NCBI GenBank assembly: GCA_009783085.1
Contig: WRHU01000002.1
Span: forward strand, 138,019-202,018
DNA length: 64,000 nt
From: Coriobacteriia bacterium
GTDB taxonomy: Bacteria > Actinomycetota > Coriobacteriia > Coriobacteriales > UBA8131
Direction of reading: 5' to 3'
Below, in pieces: positions 8,706 through 18,583 of this stretch. Position 1 is the first letter of the stretch; every line of letters begins with the position of its first letter. Both the position numbers and the translations under genes were made by a program. The notes below the pieces were generated by a model. It made no database searches. It saw nothing but the letters and a program-made list of their open reading frames with translations, and was not told the origin of the DNA.

Positions 8706-8868
8706 TAATTATTTGAAAGTTTTTTGGATTTTTTTATGGAGGTGTTTGGGAGCGCTTTTAGCGGTGCGTGGTGCACTGAGCGGTGCAGCATGCGGTGCGA
8801 CCGTGGTGTGGTGCGGCACGTAGTGCACTGAACAGTGCTGCGAGCAGCGCAGCTGCACAGAGGCTGCC

Positions 8869-10131
8869 CTACGCTTTCTTGAAGACGCGCACCTTTACCT
8901 TGTTTTTGGCAGCGTCTGCCTTGTCAACAACCGTGGTGTAGGTTATCAGACGCTCCTGAATGCCACAGCCCGTGAGCAAATCGCCGTATTCGGCACAATC
9001 CTCAAGCTTGTCGATAATAAATGAACGCTGTTTGGCAAGGTCAAACCCAACTACCGTTGCCGTCGATTTCACCATGAGGCAGTTGTTAATATAAGCAGCG
9101 GGCGAGGCAGGCTCACGGTTAATGTAGAGCGCCTTATCCGTTCCCTCCTCCTCAAGCATTTCATAGGTGCCAAAATAGCGCAGGCCTCCAGCAAAGTCGT
9201 AGCTCCCCTCAATGCAAAAGGTAAACTCGTTGTTCATGTACACGCAATCGCTCACACGCAGACCCTCCGGCAAAAGGCTCGTTGCAACCACTTGCTCCGT
9301 TTCGGTACTCAAAGCCGTAAGCTGGTAGCGAACCACGTCTATGTCAACGCGGGGGGCGATAACTACGTGGCCCTCCGTCGCCTGTGGGTTGATAATCATG
9401 CGACCGTGTGAGGTATACACCGTGCGGATTTCACTTGCTCCGCCGGTGTTAAGGTCGGCGGCTTTAAGGTAGGAATCCTCCGTATAGGCAGGGCCGTTGG
9501 CGTCAGGCATGATTGTCCAGTACGCCGTTGAGCCGTAAACGCACAGCAGGGGCGGGTCGTAGTCGGTGGTACCCTCCTCCAGTTTTTGAGGAGTTCCCAG
9601 CTTGGTGCCCGAATGCGGAGCAGCGTACACAATCCAATCGCCTGCGGTCATATCGCACTCGACCCACACGGCGATTTTATCGCTGAGGCGTGCATCGTAG
9701 ATGCAGTAGCGGTTCTCGTCATTAAGCGCAGCAGGAAGCAAAATGGACAGCTCTCCCTTATCCATATTAAGTGCGCCAAGGCGAATAAGCACATCGGTGG
9801 TTTCTCCGGGCGCAAGCACGCAGGCAATGTTTTTGTCGTCTTGATAAATCAAGCTCCCAAGCGGCAGCTCAAAATCTCGGTCAAAAACAAAATAGTCTTT
9901 GCTTGTTGTGTCCTCGAACTCATACCCACTAATAACTTGTTCGTCGGTGAGGATAAGTGAGCGTACGTCTGCACCAGGCGTTGCACGACGCAGCGCCCTA
10001 AGAATCTCGCGATCCGCCTCGCCTGATGACTTGCAGCCCGTTACCGTAAGTCCGCTGCCGGCCACAAGCACGCCTGCTCCCACCATGCCTGATATGAATT
10101 GTCGTCGAGTAAGCGTCAAAATGTCTTCCAA
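8869..10131 (-). CDS. Tat-signal lipoprotein of unknown function
   Basis: The twin-arginine motif TRRQFISGMVGAG is followed by the lipobox LTVTGC. 420-aa ORF. Confidence 0.75.
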   Translation of the reverse strand: MEDILTLTRRQFISGMVGAGVLVAGSGLTVTGCKSSGEADREILRALRRATPGADVRSLILTDEQVISGYEFEDTTSKDYFVFDRDFELPLGSLIYQDDKNIACVLAPGETTDVLIRLGALNMDKGELSILLPAALNDENRYCIYDARLSDKIAVWVECDMTAGDWIVYAAPHSGTKLGTPQKLEEGTTDYDPPLLCVYGSTAYWTIMPDANGPAYTEDSYLKAADLNTGGASEIRTVYTSHGRMIINPQATEGHVVIAPRVDIDVVRYQLTALSTETEQVVATSLLPEGLRVSDCVYMNNEFTFCIEGSYDFAGGLRYFGTYEMLEEEGTDKALYINREPASPAAYINNCLMVKSTATVVGFDLAKQRSFIIDKLEDCAEYGDLLTGCGIQERLITYTTVVDKADAAKNKVKVRVFKKA

Positions 10132-10317
10132 TCATTGCGCCCGAGCGCCGTTGTTGGTGCCTTTGCCAAACCGCCTAAACAGGTTCGCAAAATGCCTTTC
10201 AATCATTCGTTTTCTGTACGCCTCTTATGGTACAGTAGTCTAGGCGATAATGCCAAACGGTTGCGGAAATGAGAACAAACATTTACCCCGCACGCTACGT
10301 CAAAAAGAGGAGAAACT

Positions 10318-11214
10318 ATGACGCTTCAAAACGACATCGCACCCAGCTCACAGGGCAAGGTTCGTGATTTATATGATTTGGGCGACCAGCTGCTGTTTAT
10401 TGCGAGCGACCGCATTAGTGCGTTCGATTATGTTTTGGAAGACGAGATTCCCTTTAAGGGCGAGGTTTTAACGCGCATCTCTCTGTTTTGGTTTGAGCTA
10501 TTGGCAGATTGTGTGCCCAATCATCTTATTTCTGCTGATGTTGCTGACTTGCCCGAGCAGTTTGCCCCGTATGCCGATGAGCTGGCAGGACGCTTTATGC
10601 TCGTCAAGAAAGCGCAGATGTTTCCCGTTGAGTGTATTGTGCGCGGCTACCTTGCCGGCAGTGGGCTTAAGGAGTATGAGCGGGCAGGAACGGTGTGTGG
10701 GCTTCCGCTGCCTGCCGGGTTGGTAAACTCAAGTAAGTTGGAGGAGGCTCTTTATACTCCCTCAACTAAGGCAGAAATTGGCGAGCATGACGAGAACGTA
10801 AGTTTTGAGCAAACGGTTGAAATGATTGGTGAAAAAGACGCAAACGCCCTGCGAGAGCTTTCGCTTTTGGTCTATGGTCGCGCGCGCGATTATGCCGCTG
10901 AGCGTGGGATTATCATTGCCGACACAAAGTTTGAGTTTGGTGTCTATGATGGAACCATTGTGTTGGCAGACGAGGTGCTAACCCCTGATTCCTCGCGCTT
11001 CTGGCCCATTGACGAATATGAGCCCGGCAAAAATCAGCCGAGCTTTGACAAGCAATTTGTGCGTGATTGGCTTGACGAAAATTGGGATCGCACTGCCTCG
11101 CCTGAAGTGCCGCCCCGCCTTCCCGCCGAGATCATCGAGGCAACCTCGGCAAAATATATTCAGGCGTATGAGCAGCTTACCGGCGAAAAGTTTGTTCCGG
11201 TGGGCAAAGGCTAA
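10318..11214 (+). CDS. purC: Phosphoribosylaminoimidazole-succinocarboxamide (SAICAR) synthase
   Basis: GKVRDLYDLGDQLLFIASDRISAFDYVL and ADTKFEFG motifs. GAGGAG lies 6 nt before the ATG. Confidence 0.95.
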   Translation: MTLQNDIAPSSQGKVRDLYDLGDQLLFIASDRISAFDYVLEDEIPFKGEVLTRISLFWFELLADCVPNHLISADVADLPEQFAPYADELAGRFMLVKKAQMFPVECIVRGYLAGSGLKEYERAGTVCGLPLPAGLVNSSKLEEALYTPSTKAEIGEHDENVSFEQTVEMIGEKDANALRELSLLVYGRARDYAAERGIIIADTKFEFGVYDGTIVLADEVLTPDSSRFWPIDEYEPGKNQPSFDKQFVRDWLDENWDRTASPEVPPRLPAEIIEATSAKYIQAYEQLTGEKFVPVGKG

Positions 11215-11288
11215 GTAACAACTGAAATCGTTGTCAAAAAACACGAGCGGAGCACAACCTGAGTATAGGCTAGTTCTCAAACTATGGG

Positions 11289-11672
11289 CTAGTTCTCAAA
11301 ATACATGATGCAATCAAGGTCTTTTTGATATTCCCTAAGAGCCTTGTCTGACGTAAGAAGAAAAACCTGTTCGCTTGAAGCCTGAGAAAGCAAAATGCGA
11401 TCAAAGGGATCTTGATGGAGTGCCGGAAGCTTCGCAAGTGACAAAACATGACGACTTGTTAGCTCAAGCTCCCTGTAGCCACTTTTCAAGAGTTTTTGAT
11501 AAAACACACGAGAGTCAATGGAAAGTCGTGCGCGCTTGAGTTCTATTTCCCAAAGGTTTACTGGAGAAAAGAGAAGTTCGTTTGATGTGTCCTCGATAAG
11601 CTTGCGCGCGTCTTTTGAAAGCTCGCCCTTCGCTGCCCAAAGAAGCGTGTGGGTGTCAAGTAACAGCCTCAT
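11289..11672 (-). CDS. vapC: Type II toxin, PIN-domain ribonuclease VapC
   Basis: LLLDTHTLLW N-terminus and acidic residues typical of a PIN domain. It overlaps the antitoxin gene by 4 nt. Confidence 0.85.
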   Translation of the reverse strand: MRLLLDTHTLLWAAKGELSKDARKLIEDTSNELLFSPVNLWEIELKRARLSIDSRVFYQKLLKSGYRELELTSRHVLSLAKLPALHQDPFDRILLSQASSEQVFLLTSDKALREYQKDLDCIMYFEN

Positions 11673-11911
11673 AAGGCTGGCTCTGTAAATAGGGCTGCAA
11701 TTCTTTCTTGATCAAGCGTGTCAAAATCATCAGGGATTTGAATCTCTGGCATAAAGCCAACCCGCTGATTGGGCTCGTCAAATACCTGATAAGAATACAC
11801 AACAACCTGTGGGCTTCCAGATTTTGCGATAACAAATGGTTCGCCAAGTACCGCATCTTGCACGAGCGATGAGAGATGCGTTTTTGCTTCATGCATATTT
11901 ACCTGCTTCAT
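11669..11911 (-). CDS. Type II antitoxin, Phd/YefM family
   Basis: MKQVNMHEAKTHLSSLVQDAVLGEPFVIAKSG is a typical Phd/YefM N-terminus. The gene is translationally coupled to vapC. Confidence 0.85.
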   Translation of the reverse strand: MKQVNMHEAKTHLSSLVQDAVLGEPFVIAKSGSPQVVVYSYQVFDEPNQRVGFMPEIQIPDDFDTLDQERIAALFTEPAL

Positions 11912-12095
11912 AGGTGTCTAGCCTTTCTCAAAATACGCGTCTTGTTCAGTAAGTAAACTAAGTCTGTAGACTAAGTCATAATAACACAGAGATAAACTTG
12001 TGACAAGCCCACATACGCTGGGGCTTTAATAGAATTATTGGTCTTGTTCTCGGATAGCCATAGAGTGGGAGACAGAGTAGGTCTGGTGTGGCAAG

Positions 12096-13739
12096 CTAGA
12101 GAAGCTCATCGTTGCCAGCGGCGAGGGCGTAGGCTTCCTCCCGAGAGATGTTGAACTCTTGGGCAAGGGCTTTGGCAATTTGTGAGCGGCGCAGCGTTTT
12201 GTGCGCCAGAAGTTCGTTTGCACGTGCTTGGATTTCTTGCAGAGTGGCTGTTTTGGTTTCGCTGTTTATGGCAAGCTCCTGTGAGGTTGCCGCATCTACC
12301 ACAAGCACCATTTCTCCCTTGAGAGTTGCTTTCTTTGCTGTGCGCTCCTCAATAAGAGCAAGCAGCCCTGCGGGCGTGCCAAACAAAAGCTCCTCATGCA
12401 ATTTTGTAAGCTCGCGTGCAAGACAAAGCTGCCGAGTGGGAAAAACCTCAAGCAAGGCTTTGAGGGTTGCTTTAAGGCGATGGGGTGCTTCGTAAAAAAT
12501 AAGTGCGGTGTTTGTTAGTGAGGCGAGTGGCGCAAGAAAGCTCAGGCGTGCCGAAGCGCTGCGGGGCAAAAAGCCTCCAAAATAGAAGCTCTGAGCCTCA
12601 AAGCCACTGGCAACGAGGGCGCATAGTGCTGCGTTGGCTCCGGGTAAAACTTCGAGCTTGAGGCCTGCGGCATGGATTGCGCTCACCAACTGAGAGCCCG
12701 GGTCGCTAATGCAGGGCGTACCGGCGTCAGTGGCATAAGCAAGGTGCTCTCCCGCAGCAAGACGTTCTAAAATCTGCGGGATTTTGCTTTCTAAAACGTG
12801 TTCGTCGCAACGCTCAAGGCGTGTGTGAATGTCATAACGAGCAAGCAGCTTGCGCGTAACACGTGTGTCCTCGGCGTAAATGACGTTGGCGTTTTTGAGG
12901 GCCTCAAGTACCCGCTGAGTTATGTCGTCAAGGTTTCCGATGGGAGTTGCGCAGAGGCTGAGCGTGCCCGGTGCGGCTGTTGGGTTGCTTGGTAGCGCAG
13001 CGTCTGCTGGCTTGCCGTTTTGCGGTGTGTTGTTTGGCAGCTTGCTCTTTGGTGGCTCGGGGCTTGTCTTGGTGCTTGGTTTGCTGTTTGATTTTGATGA
13101 AATCCCTGCCAGTGGCATGCTGGCTTTTGCGTCGCCCGAAAGAGTGCCCGTAACTTTGCCGTAAACGATGCGCTCACGCGTAACCTTTGCCCCATTGGCA
13201 AGCACAAGCCCTGGCGCTCGTTCGAGCAGTGGAGTTACCACAAAGTCACGTTCAAGAATGCCCGGGTGAGGCAAGGTCAAATCAGGGTTCGCAGACACAA
13301 CGCCCTCATAGTCAATGAGGTCGCAGTCGAGCGTGCGGGGGGCATTTTTGAAGCTACGCTCGCGTCCAAACTCCTGCTCAACCGCCTGTAAGACCGCAAG
13401 AAGCTCCTCGGCAGTTAGCGTGGTTTGTATTTCGAGTACGGCGTTTATAAAGGGAGGTTGGTTGTCAAAAAAGGCAGGCTCGCTTGCATACAAGCTGCTG
13501 AGCTGCACCGAGCACACGCCCTCAAGCAAACCAATGCGCTGGGCTGCAGCTCGTAGAGTTTCTGCGGCATCGCCTGCGCCGCTTGCCTGATTGCTCCCCA
13601 GTCCAATGAAGGCTCGTTTGGTTGTGGAGTTGACTTGGTAGCTTGAGCCAACCTTTGCGCTGCTCGTGTTGTTCTTGCTGTTCTTGCTGTTCTTGCTGCT
13701 CGTGTTGTTCGTGTTGCCTGCATTGTTTGCGATGCTCAT
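12096..13739 (-). CDS. folK-rsmI: Fusion protein: HPPK (FolK) + 16S rRNA C1402 2'-O-methyltransferase (RsmI)
   Basis: The N-terminal half has IGLGSNQ...PHPGILERDFVVTPLLE (HPPK). A low-complexity linker of about 60 aa follows. The C-terminal half has TPIGNLDDITQRVLEAL...YAEDTR...DAGTPCISDPG (RsmI). It is one uninterrupted 547-codon ORF and overlaps folP by 4 nt. Confidence 0.85.
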   Translation of the reverse strand: MSIANNAGNTNNTSSKNSKNSKNNTSSAKVGSSYQVNSTTKRAFIGLGSNQASGAGDAAETLRAAAQRIGLLEGVCSVQLSSLYASEPAFFDNQPPFINAVLEIQTTLTAEELLAVLQAVEQEFGRERSFKNAPRTLDCDLIDYEGVVSANPDLTLPHPGILERDFVVTPLLERAPGLVLANGAKVTRERIVYGKVTGTLSGDAKASMPLAGISSKSNSKPSTKTSPEPPKSKLPNNTPQNGKPADAALPSNPTAAPGTLSLCATPIGNLDDITQRVLEALKNANVIYAEDTRVTRKLLARYDIHTRLERCDEHVLESKIPQILERLAAGEHLAYATDAGTPCISDPGSQLVSAIHAAGLKLEVLPGANAALCALVASGFEAQSFYFGGFLPRSASARLSFLAPLASLTNTALIFYEAPHRLKATLKALLEVFPTRQLCLARELTKLHEELLFGTPAGLLALIEERTAKKATLKGEMVLVVDAATSQELAINSETKTATLQEIQARANELLAHKTLRRSQIAKALAQEFNISREEAYALAAGNDELL

Positions 13740-14665
13740 AGTGCTGCCCCCTGTCCAAAACCTTCAAGCACCTGCGCCGTTTGAGCAACGTCATGTACCC
13801 GAAGAATGCGTGCGCCCTGAGCTGCTGCAAACAAAGCAACGGCAACCGAACCCGCCACTCGCTCAGATGGTTCTTCAACACCCGCAAGCTCACCGATGAA
13901 CCGCTTGCGCGACCAAGCGGCTACCAGCGGATACCCCTGAGAAGCAAGGCGGTCGGTGGCATACAAAAGAGCCTTGTTGTGTTCAAAGTTCTTGCCAAAG
14001 CCAGGGCCAGGGTCAAGGGCGATGCGCGCGCGCGCTACGCCGTATTCCTTTTCAAGTAGCTGCGCGCGCGCGCATAAAAACTCCTCTACTTCTCCAACCA
14101 CATCGTCGTAGTAAGGAGCGTCCTGCATCGTTTTTGGTTCACCTTGGGCGTGCATGACAATACAGCCCACCTGAGTTTCTTGGGCAAGCTTTCGCATGGC
14201 TTCATCTGAAAAGCCACTTACATCGTTAATGACAGCAGCACCCTGCTCTATGCAGACAGCCGCAACTTCAGCGTGGCGGGTATCGACAGAAACAGCAATG
14301 CCCTCGCTGGCGAGCGTTTGAACAACAGGCAAAACACGCCTCAGCTCCTCCTTTGTTGACACCTCATCTGAGCCCGGGCGAGTGGACTCCCCTCCCACAT
14401 CAATAATTTTTGCCCCTTCAGACACCATGCGTCTTGCGTGGTTGCAGGCGCGCTCTATCCCCTGTGCGGTTTGTTCGGAAGGTTTTTTTGCGCTGCTTTT
14501 GGCGCTTAGGCTCGCGCTGCTTTCAACACGAGGCTTTGCGCTGCCGTTTGCATCGCTTTTAGAATAATAAAGCCCACCGTCACTAAAGGAGTCGGGGGTT
14601 ACGTTAAGAATGCCCATGATAAGAGGCTTGCTGGTATCAAAGGTGTAGGTGCCACACTGCCACAT
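13736..14665 (-). CDS. folP: Dihydropteroate synthase
   Basis: GILNVTPDSFSDGG and IIDVGGESTRPG motifs. There is a Ser/Ala/Lys-rich insertion of about 35 aa after the first motif. Confidence 0.93.
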   Translation of the reverse strand: MWQCGTYTFDTSKPLIMGILNVTPDSFSDGGLYYSKSDANGSAKPRVESSASLSAKSSAKKPSEQTAQGIERACNHARRMVSEGAKIIDVGGESTRPGSDEVSTKEELRRVLPVVQTLASEGIAVSVDTRHAEVAAVCIEQGAAVINDVSGFSDEAMRKLAQETQVGCIVMHAQGEPKTMQDAPYYDDVVGEVEEFLCARAQLLEKEYGVARARIALDPGPGFGKNFEHNKALLYATDRLASQGYPLVAAWSRKRFIGELAGVEEPSERVAGSVAVALFAAAQGARILRVHDVAQTAQVLEGFGQGAAL

Positions 14666-14808
14666 GGGCTCTCGCTTTCTGAGCGCGCTTTCTGCTTTGC
14701 TCGCCTAACTGAAATCTGCCGAACCAAGTTCGCTCGTCCGATGCCTTAGCCAAACCCCAGCCGCAACCCATTTGGCTCGCCTCAACAGGCGTGTCTAGCC
14801 CAGCGTGC

Positions 14809-15420
14809 CTAGCCAAAAATGAGAGAAAGAGCCTCGTCACGAGTTTTCTGCGAAGTTTCAAATGCGCCTCGCACGGCAGAAGTAATAGTTTTGGAGCCCG
14901 GCTTTTTTACACCACGCATCGACATACAAAGGTGTTCCGCCTCAATAACAACAATAACGCCATTGGGCTTAAGCTGCTCAACAAAGGTGTTGGCAATCTG
15001 AGAAGTAAGACGTTCTTGAACCTGAAGTCGCTTGGCAAACAAATCGACGAGCCGTGCTATTTTGGAAAGCCCACAGATAAGACCCTCATCACCCGGCAAA
15101 TACGCAATGTGCGCCATGCCAAAAAAGGGCACAAGGTGGTGTTCGCACAACGAGTAAAAAGGAATGTCTTTTACCAGCACCATCTCGCGGTGGTTCTCAC
15201 CAAAAGAGGTTTTGAATAGTTTGGGCGCTTCTTCATGCATTCCGGAACAAACCTCGACATACATGCGAGCAACACGCTGCGGAGTTTCGAGCAGTCCTTC
15301 TCGCGTTGGATCTTCGCCGATGCCTTCCAGCAGCAGCCTTATAGCTTGCTCGATTTTAGCGGTGTCTACTGCCTTGGCAGTGTCGGTGGTATCAGGCTTG
15401 GTTTTGTCCACGTTACTCAT
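14809..15420 (-). CDS. folE: GTP cyclohydrolase I
   Basis: [12 protein letters not shown] and QERLT motifs. The start overlaps the ftsH stop by 8 nt. Confidence 0.95.
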   Translation of the reverse strand: MSNVDKTKPDTTDTAKAVDTAKIEQAIRLLLEGIGEDPTREGLLETPQRVARMYVEVCSGMHEEAPKLFKTSFGENHREMVLVKDIPFYSLCEHHLVPFFGMAHIAYLPGDEGLICGLSKIARLVDLFAKRLQVQERLTSQIANTFVEQLKPNGVIVVIEAEHLCMSMRGVKKPGSKTITSAVRGAFETSQKTRDEALSLIFG

Positions 15421-17989
15421 CGCCTTTGTTCGCTGGTTTCTTGGGCGTGCGCTTGCTTGTTGTTGGAGCTGCTGGTTTCTTGGGCGCGCTTTTGCGTGCA
15501 GCTGATGCTTTTGGCTGAGCGGCTGCCTTTGGCTTGGTCGCCGGTTTTGCTGCTGGTTTGGTCACCGGTTTAGTAGCCAGCTTTGCCGCTGGTTTAGCCG
15601 CTGGCTTGGCAGTCGTCTTTGCGGCCTGCTTAGCAGCTGGTTTGGTTGCTGCTTTGGCGGCAGGTTTTTTAGCAGTTTTGGCTGTCGTTTTTGCCGCTGG
15701 TTCAGCTGCTGGCTTCTCTTCTGGTTTTTCCTCAGGCTTCTCATCGGGCTGAGGATGAGGTTGTTCCCCTGTCATCAAGTCTTCAAGCTTGATGCGCCCT
15801 GAGAACACATCGTCAAGCACAAAACGACCCTGCTCAGTATCCTTGTTAGAAATCCCGCTGGCAGGAGGAACCGGGTCGCCTATTCCATTCGTCGGCGGAA
15901 CTGGGCCGCCAACGTTATGGCCGCCAACGCCAGGGCCACCAAAGCCGCCCCCGGGAGGAATGGGGGCAACGGGAGCTACCGGCAATTTGCCGGGCTCCAT
16001 GCCTATCTGGGCATGAATCGCAGCCTGCCGCGCTGCCTCACGCTGCTCTGCAATACGACGTCGCTCGTCATCTTCTTCTTGTTTTTTAAGATCGGCTGCT
16101 CGTTTCGCTAAAATCTCGTCCTCGTGGGCAATGTAGTTGTCCCACGTGTTAGTAAGCAGCGCCTCAAGAGCGTCGCCCTCAACCGTTTCGCGGTCAAGCA
16201 ACACGGCAACCATAAGCTCCATCTGCTTTTTACGACTGATAAGCACCTTGTAGGCACGATCGTGCGCCTTCTTCATAATGAGGGCAACTTCCTCGTCTAT
16301 GCGGCGTGCCGTTTCGTCACTATAGTCGGGCGTTGCACCATAGTCGCGCCCAAGAAATACCTCGTGGTTTGCCTCACCGTATACCTGCGAACCAAGTGCT
16401 TCGGTCATGCCGTAGCGCGTAACCATCTGACGCGCCATTTTGGTCGCACGCTCGAGGTCGTTTGAAGCACCCGTGGTAATATCTTTGCAAAAAATCTCCT
16501 CGGCAACACGTCCACCCAAAAAGACGGCAAGATCGTCATACATCTCCTCGCGCGTATTCAAAAAGCGGTCCTCCGTGGGAAGACTCAACGTATAACCCAA
16601 GGCCTGCCCGCGGCTAATAATAGAGATTTTATGAACGGGGTCGGAGTTTTCAAGTATGTGCCCCACCAGCGCATGTCCGCTTTCGTGATACGCAATGGTG
16701 GTTTTTTCTTTCTCGGTGATAATACGACCTTTGCGCTCGGGGCCGGCAATTTCGCGCTCCATCGCCTCGCTCAACTCGGTCATAGTAATGAGCTTTTTGC
16801 CTCTGCGCGCGGTGAGCAGGGCAGCCTCGTTCATAAGGTTGGCAAGGTCTGCTCCGGTAAATCCGGGCGTAAGACGAGCAAGGCGCTCCAAGTCAACGCT
16901 GTGTGCCAACGGTTTGCCCTCGGAGTGTACCTTGAGTATTTTCTCGCGCCCCTTAAGGTCAGGGCGATCAACAACAATTTGACGATCAAAACGCCCGGGA
17001 CGCAGCAGCGCAGGGTCAAGAATATCAACACGGTTGGTAGCAGCAATAAGAATGACGCTTGAGTTCTCCTCAAAACCGTCCATCTCTACCAGCAGCTGGT
17101 TGAGAGTTTGCTCGCGCTCATCATGTCCGCCGCCGAGTCCCGCACCGCGCTGACGACCCACAGCGTCAATTTCGTCAATAAAAATAATCGAAGGGGCTGC
17201 TTGCTTGGCACGCTCAAAGAGGTCGCGCACACGAGAAGCACCCACACCAACAAACATCTCTACAAAGTCTGAACCGGAGATAGAGAAAAACGGTACGCCC
17301 GCCTCGCCCGCAACCGCACGAGCGAGCAAAGTTTTGCCCGTGCCCGGAGGGCCGACCAGCAAAACACCCCGAGGGATTTTTGCGCCAAGCTCTTGAAAGC
17401 GCTGCGGGTTGGAGAGAAACTCTTTTATCTCCTCCAGCTCCTCGACTGCCTCGTCGATGCCCGCCACGTCGGCAAACTTGGTTTTGGGGCGTTCCTCCAT
17501 AGATTTTTTGGCTTTTGCTTTGCCAAATTGCATTTGCTTGTTGTTTGCCTGATTAAACTGCGTAAAGAAAATAAAGATGATGACACCAAACAGCAGCAGC
17601 GGCAGCAAGTAGCCCAAAATGTTAAAAAGGAAGTCTGGGTTGCTTGCGTCGATGTTAAAGCCAATTTCTGGATGAGCCGCCATGAGCGCATTGAGCGAGT
17701 CAACCCCCACAAAACTCGAGGTAAACTCCAGCGCATCTGCTGGGTCGGTTTTGCCGTTGGGCAAATACGTGCCGCTCAAGCCCGCCGTTGACGGGTTGTA
17801 CTCCACAGAAAGTACCTCAAAGTTTTCGACCGCCGCAGTAAACTCGCTCGTCGAAAGCTCATCGGGCTTTTGTCCGTCTGCATTCCTAAACAGTTGCGAC
17901 GACAAAAGAAATACGAGCAGGAACAAAAGTCCTGCGTAGACAATCCATGTTCGTGACCTGCTTGTTTTCACGCGCTCTCGCTTCCTCAA
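15413..17989 (-). CDS. ftsH: ATP-dependent zinc metalloprotease FtsH with long C-terminal extension
   Basis: Two N-terminal TM segments, Walker A GPPGTGKT, the SRH region and the HESGHA zinc site. About 220 extra C-terminal residues end in a 99-aa Ala/Lys/Pro/Thr tail. Confidence 0.96.
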   Translation of the reverse strand: MRKRERVKTSRSRTWIVYAGLLFLLVFLLSSQLFRNADGQKPDELSTSEFTAAVENFEVLSVEYNPSTAGLSGTYLPNGKTDPADALEFTSSFVGVDSLNALMAAHPEIGFNIDASNPDFLFNILGYLLPLLLFGVIIFIFFTQFNQANNKQMQFGKAKAKKSMEERPKTKFADVAGIDEAVEELEEIKEFLSNPQRFQELGAKIPRGVLLVGPPGTGKTLLARAVAGEAGVPFFSISGSDFVEMFVGVGASRVRDLFERAKQAAPSIIFIDEIDAVGRQRGAGLGGGHDEREQTLNQLLVEMDGFEENSSVILIAATNRVDILDPALLRPGRFDRQIVVDRPDLKGREKILKVHSEGKPLAHSVDLERLARLTPGFTGADLANLMNEAALLTARRGKKLITMTELSEAMEREIAGPERKGRIITEKEKTTIAYHESGHALVGHILENSDPVHKISIISRGQALGYTLSLPTEDRFLNTREEMYDDLAVFLGGRVAEEIFCKDITTGASNDLERATKMARQMVTRYGMTEALGSQVYGEANHEVFLGRDYGATPDYSDETARRIDEEVALIMKKAHDRAYKVLISRKKQMELMVAVLLDRETVEGDALEALLTNTWDNYIAHEDEILAKRAADLKKQEEDDERRRIAEQREAARQAAIHAQIGMEPGKLPVAPVAPIPPGGGFGGPGVGGHNVGGPVPPTNGIGDPVPPASGISNKDTEQGRFVLDDVFSGRIKLEDLMTGEQPHPQPDEKPEEKPEEKPAAEPAAKTTAKTAKKPAAKAATKPAAKQAAKTTAKPAAKPAAKLATKPVTKPAAKPATKPKAAAQPKASAARKSAPKKPAAPTTSKRTPKKPANKGDE

Positions 17990-18008
17990 TAGTTGCTATG
18001 ACTGGTTG

Positions 18009-18581
18009 CTACGAATAGACCGATTTCTCAAGAATGCCAATATAGGGCAAATTGCGGTATCTCTCATTATAGTCGAGTCCATAACCTACAACGAACTCAT
18101 CGGGGCAGGGTAGCCCAATATACTTGCAAGCGATACGTGTTTGTTGCTTTCCCTCCTTGAAAAGCAGGGTTGCGACCTCAATGGACAAAGGTTCGCGCGC
18201 CTGAATGTTCTTGAGAAGGTATTTGAGCGTAAGTCCGCTGTCCAAAATATCCTCGACGATAACAACGTGCCTGCCCTCCACGGGAGCGTTGAGGTCTTTG
18301 ATAATGCGCACCACGCCGGAGCTTTTAGTTTCAGAACCGTAGCTCGAAACCGCCATGAAGTCGATTTCCACATCACCTTCGATGCAACGCACCAAATCAG
18401 CCATGAAAACAAAGGCGCCCTTGAGGACGGTGACGAGCAGCACTTTCTCGCCTTGATAATCCTTTGAGATTTGCGCACCAATGCGCTTAACCGCCTCTTG
18501 AATCTCCTCGGCGTTAAAAAGTACCTGCTTGATCTCAGGGTTAGTGCTGGTGTTGGTGCTGGGAGAGCCGCCGTTTTCCAT
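18009..18581 (-). CDS. hpt: Hypoxanthine phosphoribosyltransferase
   Basis: PRPP-binding motif VVIVEDILDSGLTL. It occupies the conserved tilS-hpt-ftsH position. Confidence 0.95.
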   Translation of the reverse strand: MENGGSPSTNTSTNPEIKQVLFNAEEIQEAVKRIGAQISKDYQGEKVLLVTVLKGAFVFMADLVRCIEGDVEIDFMAVSSYGSETKSSGVVRIIKDLNAPVEGRHVVIVEDILDSGLTLKYLLKNIQAREPLSIEVATLLFKEGKQQTRIACKYIGLPCPDEFVVGYGLDYNERYRNLPYIGILEKSVYS

Positions 18582-18583
18582 GA

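Noticed and set aside
10132-10317. Purine/ZTP riboswitch or PurR box upstream of purC
   Set aside because: Only loose resemblances are present (GGTTCGCAAAA to a PurBox, CCGCCTAAAC to the ZTP 3' motif). No convincing paired structure was seen by eye.
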